Notes: generated from the sequence alone by a model not told the origin. A DNA stretch of 64,000 nt from Octopus sinensis (GCF_006345805.1 NC_043008.1:73098001-73162000); one strand, 5' to 3'. Numbered from the stretch's first letter, positions 1-13,460 are shown. A program made the numbers and translations.

Positions 1-59
1 ATGAGAAGAAGCCAGTTTATTTCTGCAAATTCACAGGGAAACCATTTGATGTATGCCAA

Positions 60-500
60 GTGATTATCAATGAATGGGAAAAATCTTTAACTAAGACCAA
101 AAATCTAACTGGAGAAATCACAGATGGTTATTTGCTGATTCTTCTGATGTTCCCATCCTCAAGTGATGAGCAGCTGAGATAGTTTTAGGTGTGGTGTGTA
201 ATGATGGTCATTTCAATTCACATCTTTCTACAGTGTCTTAGAAATTAATGCTGCTGGATACATTGAGGTACTGGAGACCATTGTTAAGCCCTGAATGAGT
301 GAAGTATTCAGTAGAAGATCATATATGATTCAACAAGAACAGCACCTCACAAAGCTCACATAACCCAAGGATGGATGACAGGCAATTTTAACAATTACGT
401 AACACCAAACTTGTGGAATCCGAATGAGCCAGACTGAAATAACATGGACTACTAGGTTTGGAGCATTGTTGAAAAGAAGACTAACTGACATATTCATATC
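60..500 (+). mobile_element. Degenerate Tc1/mariner (maT/DD37D-like) transposase C-terminal fragment
   Basis: Manual translation gives LEINAAGYIEVLETIVKP*MSEVFSRRSYMIQQE and VTPNLWNPNEPD*NNMDY*VWSIVEKKTN, matching the QQD and WPPNSPDLNPLDY motifs. Similar to the element at 28318-29530. Confidence 0.75.
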
Positions 501-554
501 ATAGTTCCATTAAAAGTTACCACAGGTCCACTGTGGTTTGCAAAGGTAGAACTG

Positions 555-682
555 GGGGGGTCCGTGAACTAAATTCAAATTTCATATATATATACATAAG
601 GATAATCATATTAACAGGGGTCCATGGGAAAACTCATTTCAAAACAAGGGATCCTTGATAGTGAAAAGGTTGGAAACCGCTG
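555..682. mobile_element. Probable hAT-type MITE end
   Basis: Ends in aaaaggttggaaaccgctg (reverse complement CAGCGGTTTCCAACC, a hAT/Charlie-like TIR) with internal ggggtccgtg/ggggtccatg repeats. Partner TIR not seen. Confidence 0.45.
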
Positions 683-1594
683 GTCAAGAGGATGTCCAAA
701 ATGAATAAGGACCATTTATTGAAAGTATTTAAATTATTCTTGTTCATTAATGAAACCATCATCAAAACTGATGCAAAATTTACAGAATACCCCATCTTAT
801 AAGGATATTTATCAATAATGGGCACAAACTTTTATTAAAATGCATATTATTTTTGATAGAATTGGTTTGTTTTATTAAATCATCAAATATGTCCTCAAAT
901 ACCTCTTGCAACCTCGGATTGTTTGTGTAATAGAGAGGAAGAGAGACAGAGTCAGAGACAGACAGACAAAGAGAGAGGGAAACAGACAGACAAAATCATA
1001 GATTGAAATGCATTGACAGTTATAAAGGAAGCCATGTGACAGTGATGTGTTTAAGAATGATATCAATGATGGTGATGTCAATGATCACAATAATAATGAT
1101 GTTGATGTAATGAAGATGGAGGTTGGAACTGGTGTTGGAGATGATGATGTTCTAGATAACATGTCGGAAACAGATTCCCAATCGTCTGAGACACAAACGA
1201 CATTAAAAATATCAACAACAACATCAAAAACAAACAATCAAACAACAAAGCAACAACAACAAACAAATCCAGCCAAAGCACAAAAGAACTTAGAGAATAT
1301 TAACTGCAAAAAATTCTTCTTCTGTTCTGTTGCAGTTCAAAGTGTCACAATAATAGACATTTAAAGAATGGTTAAAATAATTAAAAAATTTTCTAACTTT
1401 GTCAGTTATTCTAAAACAGAACAATGCCAGCTTCTATTTCTTACAATATATCGCCATTTATAGAATCTTCCAGATTTATTCTTGAAAATACAAGTGTTTT
1501 AAGATAAATGTTTCTGAAAGAATTCTTTGCATGGTCTTTGACTATTAACACCCTCCTCCTTCTTCTTTATTATTATAAGTATTATTATTAAGAC

Positions 1595-1796
1595 AGCAAG
1601 TTGGCAGAATTGTTACTGTGCCAGGCAAAATGCTTAGTGGCATTTCGTCTCTCTTTATGTTCTGATTTCATTTCTGTCAAGGTCAGCTTAGCCCTTTACC
1701 CTTTTGGGGTTTATAAAATAAGTACCAGTTGATCACTGGGGTCGATGTAATGGACTTACCCTTCCTCAAAAATTGCAGACCTTGTGCCAAATTTAA

Positions 1797-1844
<48 letters not shown>

Positions 1845-2150
1845 TCTTCTTCTTCTTCTTCTTATTATTATTATTATTAGAAAGGTGGTGAGCCGGTGGA
1901 ATCATACCACATAAGACAAAACACTTAGTGGCATTTTGTCTGGCTCTTTACATTCTGAGTTGAAATGTGGCTGGGATCTACTTTGCCTTGCATCCCTCCA
2001 GGGTCTATAAAGTAAGTACCAGTTGAGCACTGGGTTTGATGCAATCAACTAATCCCATCCTCCCAAAATTGCTGGCTTTGTGCAAAAATTTGAAACCACT
2101 ATTATTAGTATTATTATTATGATAATTATGATAATAATTATTATTATTTG
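1595..2150 (+). mobile_element. Two adjacent copies of a tRNA-headed SINE with (AAT/TTA)n tails
   Basis: 1595-1870 and 1885-2150 share gcttagtggcattt...aagtaccagttga(t/g)cactggg...aaaattgc...cttgtgc.aaattt followed by microsatellite tails. A partial third copy lies at about 2880-2990. Confidence 0.75.
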
Positions 2151-2822
2151 GCAGGGTCACCCGCTCCCTTATTTAGTGGTCAATGCAGAAGTTTGGGCAG
2201 TGAAACATGGCCTGTGACTACAGAAGACATGTGAAGGCTTGAAAGAAATAAGGCTAGTATGCTTTGCTGGATGTGAAATGCTACTGTGCATGTATGACAG
2301 AATGTAAGCATCTTGAGAGAAAAATTGGCTATAAGAGGCATCAGATGTGGTGTGCAAGAGAGACGACAGCACGGGCATGGTCATGTGATGCATATGGACG
2401 AGGACTGCTGTATAAAAAAGTGCTGATTTCTGTGGAGGGAACCAGAGGAAGAGGTAGACCCAGGAAGACATGGGACGAGGTGGTGCAGTATGATCAGCAT
2501 TTCTTGAGTCCCATGGAGGCAATGACAAGTGATCGAGACATTTGGAGATTTGCTGAGTTTGGGAAGACATGTCAAGTCAGGCAAAATCATAATCATGGCC
2601 AGTGCTGGTGACACAAATGGCACCCACGCTGGTGACACATGAAAGGTACTCACTACATTCTTGGAGTGGATGGTATTAGGAAGGGCATCCAACAATAGAA
2701 ACCAAGCCAAATCAGAGTGGAGCCTGGTACAGCTCTCCAGCTTACCAGTCCCAATCAACCCTTCTAACCCATGTCAACACAGAGAACAGATGCTACATGA
2801 TGATGATGATGATGATGAAGAT
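2150..2822 (+). mobile_element. RTE-clade LINE 3' fragment (RT thumb end plus 3' UTR)
   Basis: ORF 2264-2611 ends ...VEGTRGRGRPRKTWDEVVQYD, followed by the ggaagggcatcca 3' UTR and (GAT)n tail. Homologous to 52500-53830. Confidence 0.85.
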
Positions 2823-4376
2823 GATCCTGATATTATCATTATTATATCCCACCAAACACAACTTTATCTTTCATTATTTAGCAGGGTCAATAACGTAAAG
2901 TACCAGTTAAACACAGGAGTCAGTATAATTGACTGACCCCTTCCTTCTAAAATTGCTGGCCTTGAGCCAAAATTTGAAAATCAATCATCATTATTACTAC
3001 TGCTGTTGCTGCTACTGCTGAAAGTCCATGGCCCATTGTTTTATGCCTGGAATAAATATTTTGTTCCATTGAAATATAGATAGGTATATATGCAAGAAAG
3101 TATTAAGTAAAAGAAGGCAGGCCAATACGGAACTAAAAGAGACATTTCATAGATCAAAATCCGTATATATGTTTTTCACATGATCTACTTTCATAGAGAA
3201 CATTGTCATCTTGTGATGTATTGTCTCTAAAGAATGAATGTAGTTCATGAAGCACTTCAGGAATATAAATGTGAGTGCAAGAAAATAATCATTCAACTAC
3301 TTTTCTAAAAAGAATGAAAGAATGAAACTGAGGTGGACAGTGCCTGTGAATTGTCTAGACAGCTTGTGCAATGGGCGAGAGCTCAAGATGAAAACACTGA
3401 TAGGTAATTAGATAGACAGGTAGTTAGCTAGAGAAATATTTTATAAGAAAGCTCAGTTCAATATTGAAACAAAAACAAAATATGAATCTTCCTTCTTGCT
3501 GTCTATTTTCTCCCCCTTCTTTCTCTCTCTCTCTCCTTCCTTCTCTGTTCTTACTCTGTATGATGACACATGCATATACTTTTATACATATTCTCACAAA
3601 TATCACAACAGTGCTATCTGGCTCTCTCTTAATGTAAATCTTATCTATAAAAAGCAGATTTTCTCTGTGTATGTATGTATGTTGAAAATTCATACACTTA
3701 CAAATTCCAAATTTTGTGGATGAAAAATTTGGAATTAATATTCTAAATACCATAACTTGGGTCAAAGGGCATTTTTCGGTCAAAATAACTCCCAATTATG
3801 AAAAAAAAGTGATAAAACTACATACATAACCATTTTCCCCTCTAATACAATCTACTTTCCTCTTGCTACTACCATTAACTGCTACTTACTTTTATGAACG
3901 CTTACGAACGATCCAAGAAAAAAGACAGAAAGAAAGGAAGGAGAAACAGTGAGAGCCAAATAAACAGACGGACTACCAATCTTACGTAAATACACACATA
4001 TATCTACACATATATATATATATATATATGTACCTATGGTTACCAATGACCTCATTCTAATTGGCAGGAATTATAAGTTCACTTCCTATTTCTAACACCA
4101 TCCTTCACCAAGATAACAAGAAAAAAAAATAATGATAAATAGCGATCGACAGTCAAACATTTATTCCCTACAAACTGAGTTTTTTTAAATCTTTCTTAAA
4201 ACACATTTACTTACTACCATATATATAGAGATAGAATACACACTAATACATACATACAAATACCTGTTAGTTTATTTATTTGCCGTTTCTTATCACCATT
4301 TTCCCCTTCAATTTTACGCATACTTTCCAATACAATTTCACTGTATAAGTAACTTTCACATCGACAGTCAAACTGT

Positions 4377-6550
4377 CCCCATCAATATGCGAAACATCTA
4401 TTTACTGAAAGTAAAAGCGGAAAATTGGATTGCACGAAAGAAGAGCTCGAACAACATCTGAAAGAGACATACAGCGACTCAGACAGAAATGAAGTACTCC
4501 CAGAAATGCACGGACTGAAGAAACCACCTGAACCAAGAGTACCATTTGATTTGAGCGACATCAAACGGAAAGAAATGGATGAATTCATAAGGAAAGCAAG
4601 AGCAAAAAGTGCACCAGGGAACGATGGAGTGAGCTACAAGGTATACAAATATTGCCCAAAATTACGTTTGCAGCTGTTTGCACTGATAAGAGAAATGCGG
4701 AAGAAGAAAGATGTAGTGGAGCGATGGTGTATAGCCGAAGGTATTTATCTACCTAAAGAAAAAGCGGTAAAAACACTAGGCCAATTTAGACCAATTTCAC
4801 TACTAAATACAGACAGGAAAATCATGTTCGGAATAATTGCTAGACGAATTATAAGATTCGTACAGCATAACGGATACGTTAATGAAGTGATTCAAAAAGC
4901 AGGAATCCTTGGAATCTCTGGGTGCATAGAACATGCATTTTCCATCTGGGAAGCCATCACCCGTGCAAAACAAAAGAAGACAAACCTGTACATTATTTGG
5001 CTAGATCTTGCCAATTCCTATGGATCTGTTCCACACGCAATAATAAAAACAGCGATGGACCTCTTTTGGATTCCAAAAGATGTTCAACAAATGCTTATGT
5101 CATACTACGACAACCTGAGGATGAGATTTACAGCAGGAAAGTTCACAACAGAGTAGCAACGGCTTGAAATAGGTATTGCAGCCGGATGCACGATATCAGT
5201 CATCTTATTCATGCTAATCATGGAAATGCTACTCAGATCTACAAACTGTGAGAAAGCTGTTACAAAGACACCATTAAGGGCTTTTATGGACGATGTAACT
5301 ATATTATCGGAAAGTAGAGAAGCAGCAGAGGGAACGTTAGAGCAGTTGGACGAGCAGATAGGATGGGCAAGGATGAAATTCAAAGCCAAAATATCTCGAA
5401 GCGTGGCTTTCGTGAAAGGAAGGCAAGAAGTGAAATTTAGGATACAAAGTGAAGACATACCAACGGTGAAAGAACAACCAGTAAAGAGTCTTGGCAGATG
5501 GTATAGAGATTTATTAAATGATAAGAAGGGAAAGAAATGCACGAGTTAGTAGAACAAGGATTAAAGGCAATTGACAGAACAACGCTGCCGGGAAAATTCA
5601 ATTGTTGGATACTGCAATTTGGGCTGTACCCAAGAATAATGTGGCCATTGCAAATGTACGAAATAGCCTCGAGTATAGTAGAAAGGATGGAGCAAAAATG
5701 CAGTGCGTTTATCAGAAAATGGCTTGGTCTGCTGAAACCACTGAATACAACTGCACTATATGGAAAACCCGTGCTGCAACTACCAATAACATCAATCGCC
5801 GAAGAATATAAGGCAGGAAAGGCAAGGACAGTAATGATGCTAAGGTATTCAAAAGATCAGAGCATCCAGGAAAACCCTCCAAAGGTACGAACAGGGAGGA
5901 AATGGAAGGCGGAAGAGGCAGTAAACAGGGCGATTGGAAAACTAAGGCATGCAGATATAGTCGGAGCGACGCAAGAAGCTAGAACCGGCCTAGGGTAGCA
6001 AAATTTCAGGCCATTTTGCAAGAGCAGTGTAAAAGAGATGAAAGAGGCAGTGGTATACGAAGTGAGAAAGGAGGAAGAAGAAAGGCGAAATGTACATTTG
6101 GTGCAATGCAGTCAACAGGGACAGTGCCTGAGATGGGAGGAATATGTGATCAACCGCAGAATATCATGGAAGGAACTTTGGGCTTGGGAACAAGCAAGAA
6201 CATCCTTCCTGATCAAGTCTACCTTCGATGTTCTACCCTCACCAGGGAACTTAGTCCGGTGGAACATAAAAACAACCGACGAGTGTAGATGCGGAGAGAA
6301 AGTGACGGTTAGACATGTTCTGTCAGGTTGCAGACTAGCACTTGAAAGATATACATGGCGGCATAATCAAGTCCTCGGCATCATAAGCGCAGCACTCAAG
6401 GATAAGATCGAGAGGTATAATAGGGGAGAATACCCAAAAGTAGAAAAGCGCAGGAGAGTATACTTCCACAAGGAAGGAAAAGGTTATAAAACCAGGCCTA
6501 CAAGTAAAGTATACGAGATAGACGAAAGATGGAAGGGATACTGGGAATTG
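4377..6550 (+). mobile_element. HERO-like (restriction-like endonuclease group) non-LTR retrotransposon, 5'- and 3'-truncated, disrupted
   Basis: RT motifs KSAPGNDG, FRPISLLN, GCIEH, WLDLANSYGSVPH, GIAAGCTISVILF and AFMDDVT. C-terminal zinc knuckle CRCGEKVTVRHVLSGC followed by RYTWRHNQVL. Stops at 5154 and 5996 plus frameshifts. Homology ends at W-E-L (6550), before the PD-(D/E)xK nuclease. Confidence 0.85.
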
Positions 6551-6918
6551 GCCACTGTTACCTCAGTTTTAGACGCAGCAAATGATTTTAACTCAATAGA
6601 GGCGATTCATTGGTTAAAATTCGAAAAATTAAACTACGTTAAACTTACAAATTACAATTTTCTCAAGTAAGCCAAGAGAAAAAAAATGTTTTATTTTGAC
6701 ACATTCTATGAGTATACGAAGTTTAAAAGTGTTTAGTTAACTAGAAATTGTGTTGAAACTACCGTTCAAAAGGAAAAGATCCCAATTTAGTTGGACTAGT
6801 ATTTTATTTCTTCAAATTTTAGTTGAACTGTGTTTTTATTTTTATTGTGTTCAAAGACTTTTTGTTGTTTTTGGTTGAGTGACCTTTTTTTTCCTTTTTT
6901 GAACTGTGTTTTATCGAT

Positions 6919-7830
6919 ATGGCCGATAAAATGATAAAAAATAAGACCACTGCTTTGGAGTGGGAGATTATCCCACCCAAACAATAGCTTGGAAACCTTG
7001 AGAGGAGGACAGTGGCATTACAGACCTATTCTAGGTCGCGTGATACCATCGCCCTCTTCGATAACGGCATCATTGAAAAAGAGCTGGCAAAGTGCTTACC
7101 AGCCAAAAATTATTATGTAACCAGGGGTGTCAAATATGCCACAGTGTGGCTGCTTTTTGACACCCCTGAGGAGGCTTGCACTGTGGCAGGCCAGCCCCTG
7201 GAAGGGGAGGAGATTTTGTTTCATCCCACATATTGTGGGAAGAAGGTGATAAGGGCCTGAGTATGTGGTCTGCCCCCAGGCACCAAAACAGAGTGTATTG
7301 CAGATGCCATCTAGTGGAGCCTGGGGGATAGCAGGCCCAGGCTCTTAAATGTAGAGGTAAAGCCTGTGGTTGACTGGGAGGGTGCAAAGGTGACTGTGAC
7401 CCTGTGGACTCCAGTCGACTTTTTAAGAATGGCTGACTCAAAGTATCCAGTGATACTTGAGTGTCGCCCCCCCCTCCAGGTCACTCATGCCTGGAGTCAG
7501 ACCATATCAAAAAGGACTGCCCCTGGGGCCATGGCAAAGTCCCGGAGCAAGGAAAGCTGAAGGTGCCCTTAACTCTCACATTGCAAGGAGAAACAGAGGA
7601 AGTCATTGAGGCGTTGACCTCAACAAAAAGGAAGAGAAAGGTGAGCAACAGTAGTTGCTCACCAGTAGAAGTGCAGGTTGCAGGAGAGGAGGGAGACCCC
7701 CGGGTGTGCCGGTGGAGGCCCTGACTCCTGCAACGGCAAAAAAAAAGGAGAAAGAAGAGAAACGGGGGACAGTCGGTGGGTGTCACTGTGCTGCTGACCA
7801 AACCCGAACATAAGAACATAAAGAAAGATT
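6919..7830 (+). mobile_element. Degenerate gag-like ORF1 of an L1/Tx1-type non-LTR element
   Basis: Broken frame from ATG 6919 through ORFs 7012-7260 and 7366-7560. Zinc-knuckle relic (G)HSC-LESD-H-IKKD-C in ORF 7461-7724, then a basic KRKRK tail. No ORF2 follows. Confidence 0.55.
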
Positions 7831-7904
7831 AAATATAACAAAGTGTTTTGTCTAGTATGCTCACAAGTTTGCCAGCTCAACACCACATAAAATAGTGACC
7901 AGGT

Positions 7905-7976
7905 AGCTGCTACAGAGAGTCGAACCCTGCATCTCCAAATTTTCAACCAAGCACTCTCTATACCATTAAGCTAAGC
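7905..7976 (-). pseudogene. Degenerate tRNA-derived sequence (SINE head or tRNA pseudogene)
   Basis: Minus strand has A-box-like tagcttaatgg and B-box-like ggttcgactc at tRNA spacing; stems are poorly paired. Confidence 0.45.
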
Positions 7977-9049
7977 AAATCATGACAACTTTGTGACTAT
8001 AGTAAAAACCATTACTCTTAGTAATAGTGTAATTGCTTTTGTTGTTGTTTTTGTGGATGAAAATGTTATAGAGAATTCTCATAAGTGATTTCAGCAAGGA
8101 TTTTTGGTTAGAAATGTTAACATATTTGATTTTCTTTCACCAACAACATTTTTCAGAATATTTCAACATTCAATCCACTTTCAGGGAATCTTTGTAGTTT
8201 GATATTATACTGTGAATGTGTATTTTTGCTAACCATTATTTATAATTATATCTGTGGCTTGAAATGTTCAGCTCTTTAGTAGTCAGAGGAAATGCATACC
8301 ACAAGAATGGCAACAGTGAATATGCATACTAAACATTTGCAGACACAAAGACTATTTTGAAAATGGAGAAAATAGGAAAAATGGACAAAATTATAAACAC
8401 AGACAGAATCTAAGAATCACGTGTGAAAAAGTGAGGAAAATGCAAACTTTAAGTGATGATACTTATAAATGACAAAATTTATTTTATAAAATGAGAAAAT
8501 TGAAATGAACAGCACAACTCTTATTGCCACTACCAACAATAACAACAACAAATAACCTTTTGCTATGTTGCAAGCCTGAAAATGTGATGATTATGATTCA
8601 CCTGCAAGAAATATCAAAAAGATTGCAAGAGGTATGTCACATATTCTTGTGCTACATTGCTGAAAGAATTTAGTCAAGAAAAGATAACAAGAAATTAACT
8701 TGACTGTTTTTCTACACCTTCAAATGCATTCTCATCTGAGCTTCTAAAAGTTTCACTAAATCACTGCCCTTATCTAGTTCATTATTCCCTGAAACTGTTA
8801 AAATGCCAGGCAAAATTGAACTTTTGGGGAAATAAACTCAAAACAAAAAGCGTTGAAACAACTAAATGGCATTTTATCCAATACTATAATGACTACATAC
8901 ACAAACACACATGTATATATATAATGCATATACATTTAATTATATATAGTCCTCTAGACTGCAGTTGAATGACTGAAGCAAGCAAAGCAAGAAAATATTA
9001 AATACTGTCAAGACTTGTGAGTATGTAGCTGTTCTGACACGTGTCATAT

Positions 9050-10740
9050 CTTGTTTAGATTTCAGACCATTTTCTAAGGATGTATTTTGGTGTTGACAGT
9101 GTGACATGATCTCAGTCCTTTTGTTTAGAGTGTGTGCATTATGTATGATTATTTACTATTTCTCTGTGATGTATAAAGAACAGATTCAAGAACCATTTAT
9201 TTATCATAGTGGGCAGTCTGTTATTTTCCCATTTATGTTTACAATTATGTTGTATCTTTTAACTTGCAGAGTGACAGCACTGTAGACTATGCTTGTTTTA
9301 TTAACACTTTCCTTACAATTGGCTCATTTTTGTCATGGTGCAGTTACTTGAGTTTGTTGCTGTATGTTGTGCTTTGTGACTGTATTTTGTGCAGCTATAG
9401 GTAACTTTTGCATTGTTTCTGTGGAATAATTTGTTGCATTAATATTCTGTTGAGAAGTGCATTAATTAGTATTGGGAATGTATGTGTAGATGATGTCTCA
9501 TTTGTTTACTGTATGTCTGTGGTGTCTTAAGTATGTATTGCATTTTCTCTTTGAATCCACTTACTTCTAAAGCTTTATTGTAAAATTTTGGATATACCCC
9601 AGTTTATATTGCTGGCTAGGTTTTTGATTATCAAAGCTAAGTGGTTTATGCATAAATGTATTTCCTTAAGTTTTCTGTTTGGGTCACAATTCCCAGTATT
9701 CAGGTTTAATGTTGCATTCAGGTAGTTTAATGCCAAGTGGGTTTTTTTCACTGTTGCATTTATATCAAGTTCCATAACTCTTTAGCATTTAAATTGGTCA
9801 ATCTGGCCAAAATATTCTGCCTCTTTTATATCCAAACTGGCCAGATCCCACATCTTACCCCTACCATACAATGTCATTCAAAAAGACAAACAATCGCATC
9901 ATCAAAATCTGAAAGCTACAAAATAATGCATGATTAATTGAAAACAATGTGAATAAACAAGCTTTGCATTTGGTAAAATAATCTGAATACTAAAGGGTCA
10001 AAGGCCTTTATTAAGTCTTTTCGAAGTCTGTCAAGTTTGTGTAAATCCATATCTAATGAAATGGCTAGGACATCTTCTCTATATAAAACAAAATTGGATT
10101 TCATGAATATTTTGTTTATTCATTCCAATATATATAACCCTACAAGTTCACACATTTCTGTACTATCAAACATCTCAAGGTGACATCAAATGGCACATTA
10201 TTTTCCAGTTCTACCTCAGCTAAATAGTTGTGATAAATAAAGAATTTTCTTGTAGATATATTGATGTCTAATTCTTGACTGATGGCTATGACAAAGTTGT
10301 TCCCAAACTCTAGTGTTTTTTGCAATAAGAGATTTGAATTTATCAGATTCTTTGTCTCTTAAGTAACTGAACCTGTTTATGATATTGCATTGTAGAAGTC
10401 CAATTGATGGTCATTTTTTGGAATTGATGGTTGTCAAGATATTTTGCTTACTATGCCAAGTTCTCTTTCCATGGGATTTATTTATTTGTATTTGAGGTTG
10501 CTTGTAAAGTTGAATTTAGGATCCTTCTTTGTTTCCTATGCTTGTCTTGTAAGACATTCAGTTCAGTCTTCTATTTGCAGTTGCATTGCTTGGACTTCAG
10601 CTTCTATGCTTCCTGTGCTGTATAAGTTGGGGCTGGCATTTTGTTATGCTGGTGTTCAGGTGCTTTCTTTGTCTTCATCTATTGTATATGGTTTGTTTGT
10701 CTTGTCTACAAATATTTTAACCCAGACTCACATAACAATC
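9050..10740 (-). mobile_element. Penelope-like element (RT plus GIY-YIG region), heavily degenerate
   Basis: Minus-strand translation gives INPMERELGIVSK, FDVTL..., GLYIL...LYREDVLA (YRDD relic), LNYLNATLNLNTG, a GKC..K.SIVY-like stretch and C-terminal LNKRTEIMSHCQHQN. All are typical PLE ORF motifs in the correct order. Confidence 0.8.
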
Positions 10741-11096
10741 TAATGCCTGCTTTCACTTTGTTCTATGAGGTGTTTCTATAGCTTTTAATATTTTAAAAAC
10801 TTTCTTTAAAGCAGCAAATATTATATATATACACACCTGAAAACCTACAATTCAAACAACATATGGTCTGAATTATGCAAAATTCCTTTTACACATATGT
10901 ATATATGCATACATTTATATGCAAGACCTAATATTCTTGTCATAACCAGTTGACCTAGCATACTCATATTAACAAATATATGAATTCTAGAAGCACACAT
11001 ACATATGTGCACGCAAGCACACACACACCCTAAATATTTGTTCCTTTTGTATCAACCCAAACACTAAGAGCTACCCACACATCACTCGGTAATGAA

Positions 11097-11158
11097 TTGT
11101 GACTTGAGTTTTTATGCCACTGCTTGAAAATTGCAGTGGCGTAAAACTCAAGTCACAA
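11097..11158. repeat. Near-perfect 26-bp hairpin
   Basis: ttgtgacttgagtttttatgccactgc / 9-nt loop / gcagtggcgtaaaactcaagtcacaa. Confidence 0.9.
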
Positions 11159-11177
11159 GATAAAAATTAAGTTTCAA

Positions 11178-11575
11178 TAGGTGCAGGCATGGCTGTGTGG
11201 TAAGAAGCTTGCTTCCCAACCACATGGTTCTGGATTCAGTCCCACTGTATGTGAGTGGTACCTTGAGCAAGTGTCTTCTATTATAGCCTCAGACAGACCA
11301 AAGCCTTGTGAGTGGATTTGGTAGACAGAAACTGAAAGCCCATCGTATATATATGTTTGTGTGTCTGTGTTTGTCCTCTCACCATTGCTTGACAACTGAT
11401 GTTGGTGTGTTTACGTCCCTGCAACTTCATGGTTCAGCAAAAGACCCGATAGAATAAGTACTAGGCTTACAAAGAATAATTCCTGGTGTTGATTCATTCA
11501 ACTAAAGGCAGTGCTCCAGCATGGCTGCAGTAAAATGACTGAAACAAATAAAAGAGTAAAAGAACAAAAGAAAAA
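11178..11575 (+). mobile_element. Abundant tRNA-headed SINE (octopus OK/OR-like), full length
   Basis: gcaggcatggctgtgtggtaagaagcttgcttcccaaccacatggttc head, ccttgagcaagtgtcttct core-like block, gctccagcatggc...gactgaaaca...aaaagag tail. Confidence 0.85.
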
Positions 11576-12553
11576 CCATATACTCTCCATGTATTGAGCA
11601 TCCTCTCATATCCATTTGACACACTTCAGTGTTCATATTTGTGTGTGTGTGTGTGTGTGTGCATAATCTCACAAACAAAGAAATAATAGTGATGAACATT
11701 TGTTTGCATATGTATGTGTGTGTGTGTGTATGTATATACATATATATATATATATATATATACAGAGAAAGAGAGAGATGTGTATTTATGTATGTGTGCT
11801 TGTATGTGTATAAATTTACAAGCGTATATGCATGAATTTGCTTTGTGCATTCCATCACATGCACATTTGTTTATTTAAGAGTGTAAATACATATAAATTC
11901 ATACCTGTGTGTGCTGAAGCACTTCCAGCAGTATTTACTTTTCTAATCTTAATTAGAATATAATTACTATGATATGATGAGCAATCAATAATATCATTGA
12001 CAGAATCTTGAAGAAACCTGAAAGTTCATTAAAGATTTTCAAATTATTCACATTGATATTCTTCACATCTACAAGTAATGAACACTCAGTCTTTACAACG
12101 ATTAAATGGTAAATTCTAAAATAAGTGCAACTGTGTTTTCTTAAAAAAATAAAAGAATAGTTTTTGTTTTTAGTTTTTTATATTTATTAGCATCTTGTTC
12201 TTGTTATTGTTGTTGTTCTTCACACCATTATCATCTTCTGCTCCTAGTTCCCACCACCACTCAGTTCTTTCTCTCCTTCACTCCTTCATCTCCACACCCT
12301 CTCTTCCTTATTCTTTCTCATTTCTCTTAAACTCCACAGCTGTTATCTCTCCCCAACTGTTAATATGCTGACACATACACAAATAGACATAAATATACAT
12401 ACATACATACATAATACCTACATACATACATACATACATACATACAGACAGACAGACAGAGAGATAGACTGATAGACTAATACACACATATTATAAAAAT
12501 ATCTATATTTATATATACATATATTCATACATACCTGTATGTATCTTTACATT

Positions 12554-12618
<65 letters not shown>

Positions 12619-12899
12619 GCATACACACACACACACACACATATGCTTATATGTCTGTATATATATTCATGCATCTTATGCTGTTTGTAGTTTTAATTCT
12701 TCATTAGGAATATTATATCACTTTTATATAATTCTGTCTGACAATATACTCCCTTCTCCTGAAACCCACAGCTACCCTCTCCCCTCTTCAGTCATATCCC
12801 AACCTACTCTACCCTCCTAACTTATACAACCACCTCTATCTTCCACTCTGTACCATTCTATAGACAGTAGAATTTAGCATCAAATACCTATTAAATTCA

Positions 12900-13460
12900 T
12901 CAGAATCTCTTAAAAGCTACTCCACCTCCTGCTCCCTTAACTACTATCAACAACACTATCACCAGTAGCAGCATCAGAACTGTCACTATCATCACTACTA
13001 TAAGCATTATCAGAATTAGCACAATAATCACTGCCATGGCCACCACTGTTATACACATCACCACAACTATGACACACCACCACCACCATCGCAAGAACTA
13101 CTTCATTACTTCCTCAGCAACAAAAGTGCCACAATGACCACAACCAACACCAAACCCGTCTCCATCACAGTCATTACCACTATCATAACTACTACAAGCT
13201 CCACCACCACCACCGCCACCGCCACCACCACCACCACCACCACCCTAATCACTACTTTTACTACAACTGCTACCAAGACCAATACCTACCACTGCTACCA
13301 CAAAGAATACCAGAACAACAACTACTACCGCCCTGATCTTAACTACCACCACCTAGATCATCATTACCACCAGCACTATTACAAGCACCACCATCACTAA
13401 TATCATCACCACCAGTACACCACCTCACCACTCCACATACCATTATTACCACTACAAAAC
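12900..13460. repeat. (ACC/ACT/CAT)n low-complexity tract
   Basis: Degenerate trinucleotide repeats. Similar tracts occur at 1040-1290, 20130-20620 and 30000-30170. Confidence 0.9.

Noticed and set aside
13134-13400. Thr-rich mucin-like ORF
   Set aside because: Simple (ACC/ACT)n tract with no splice or coding support.
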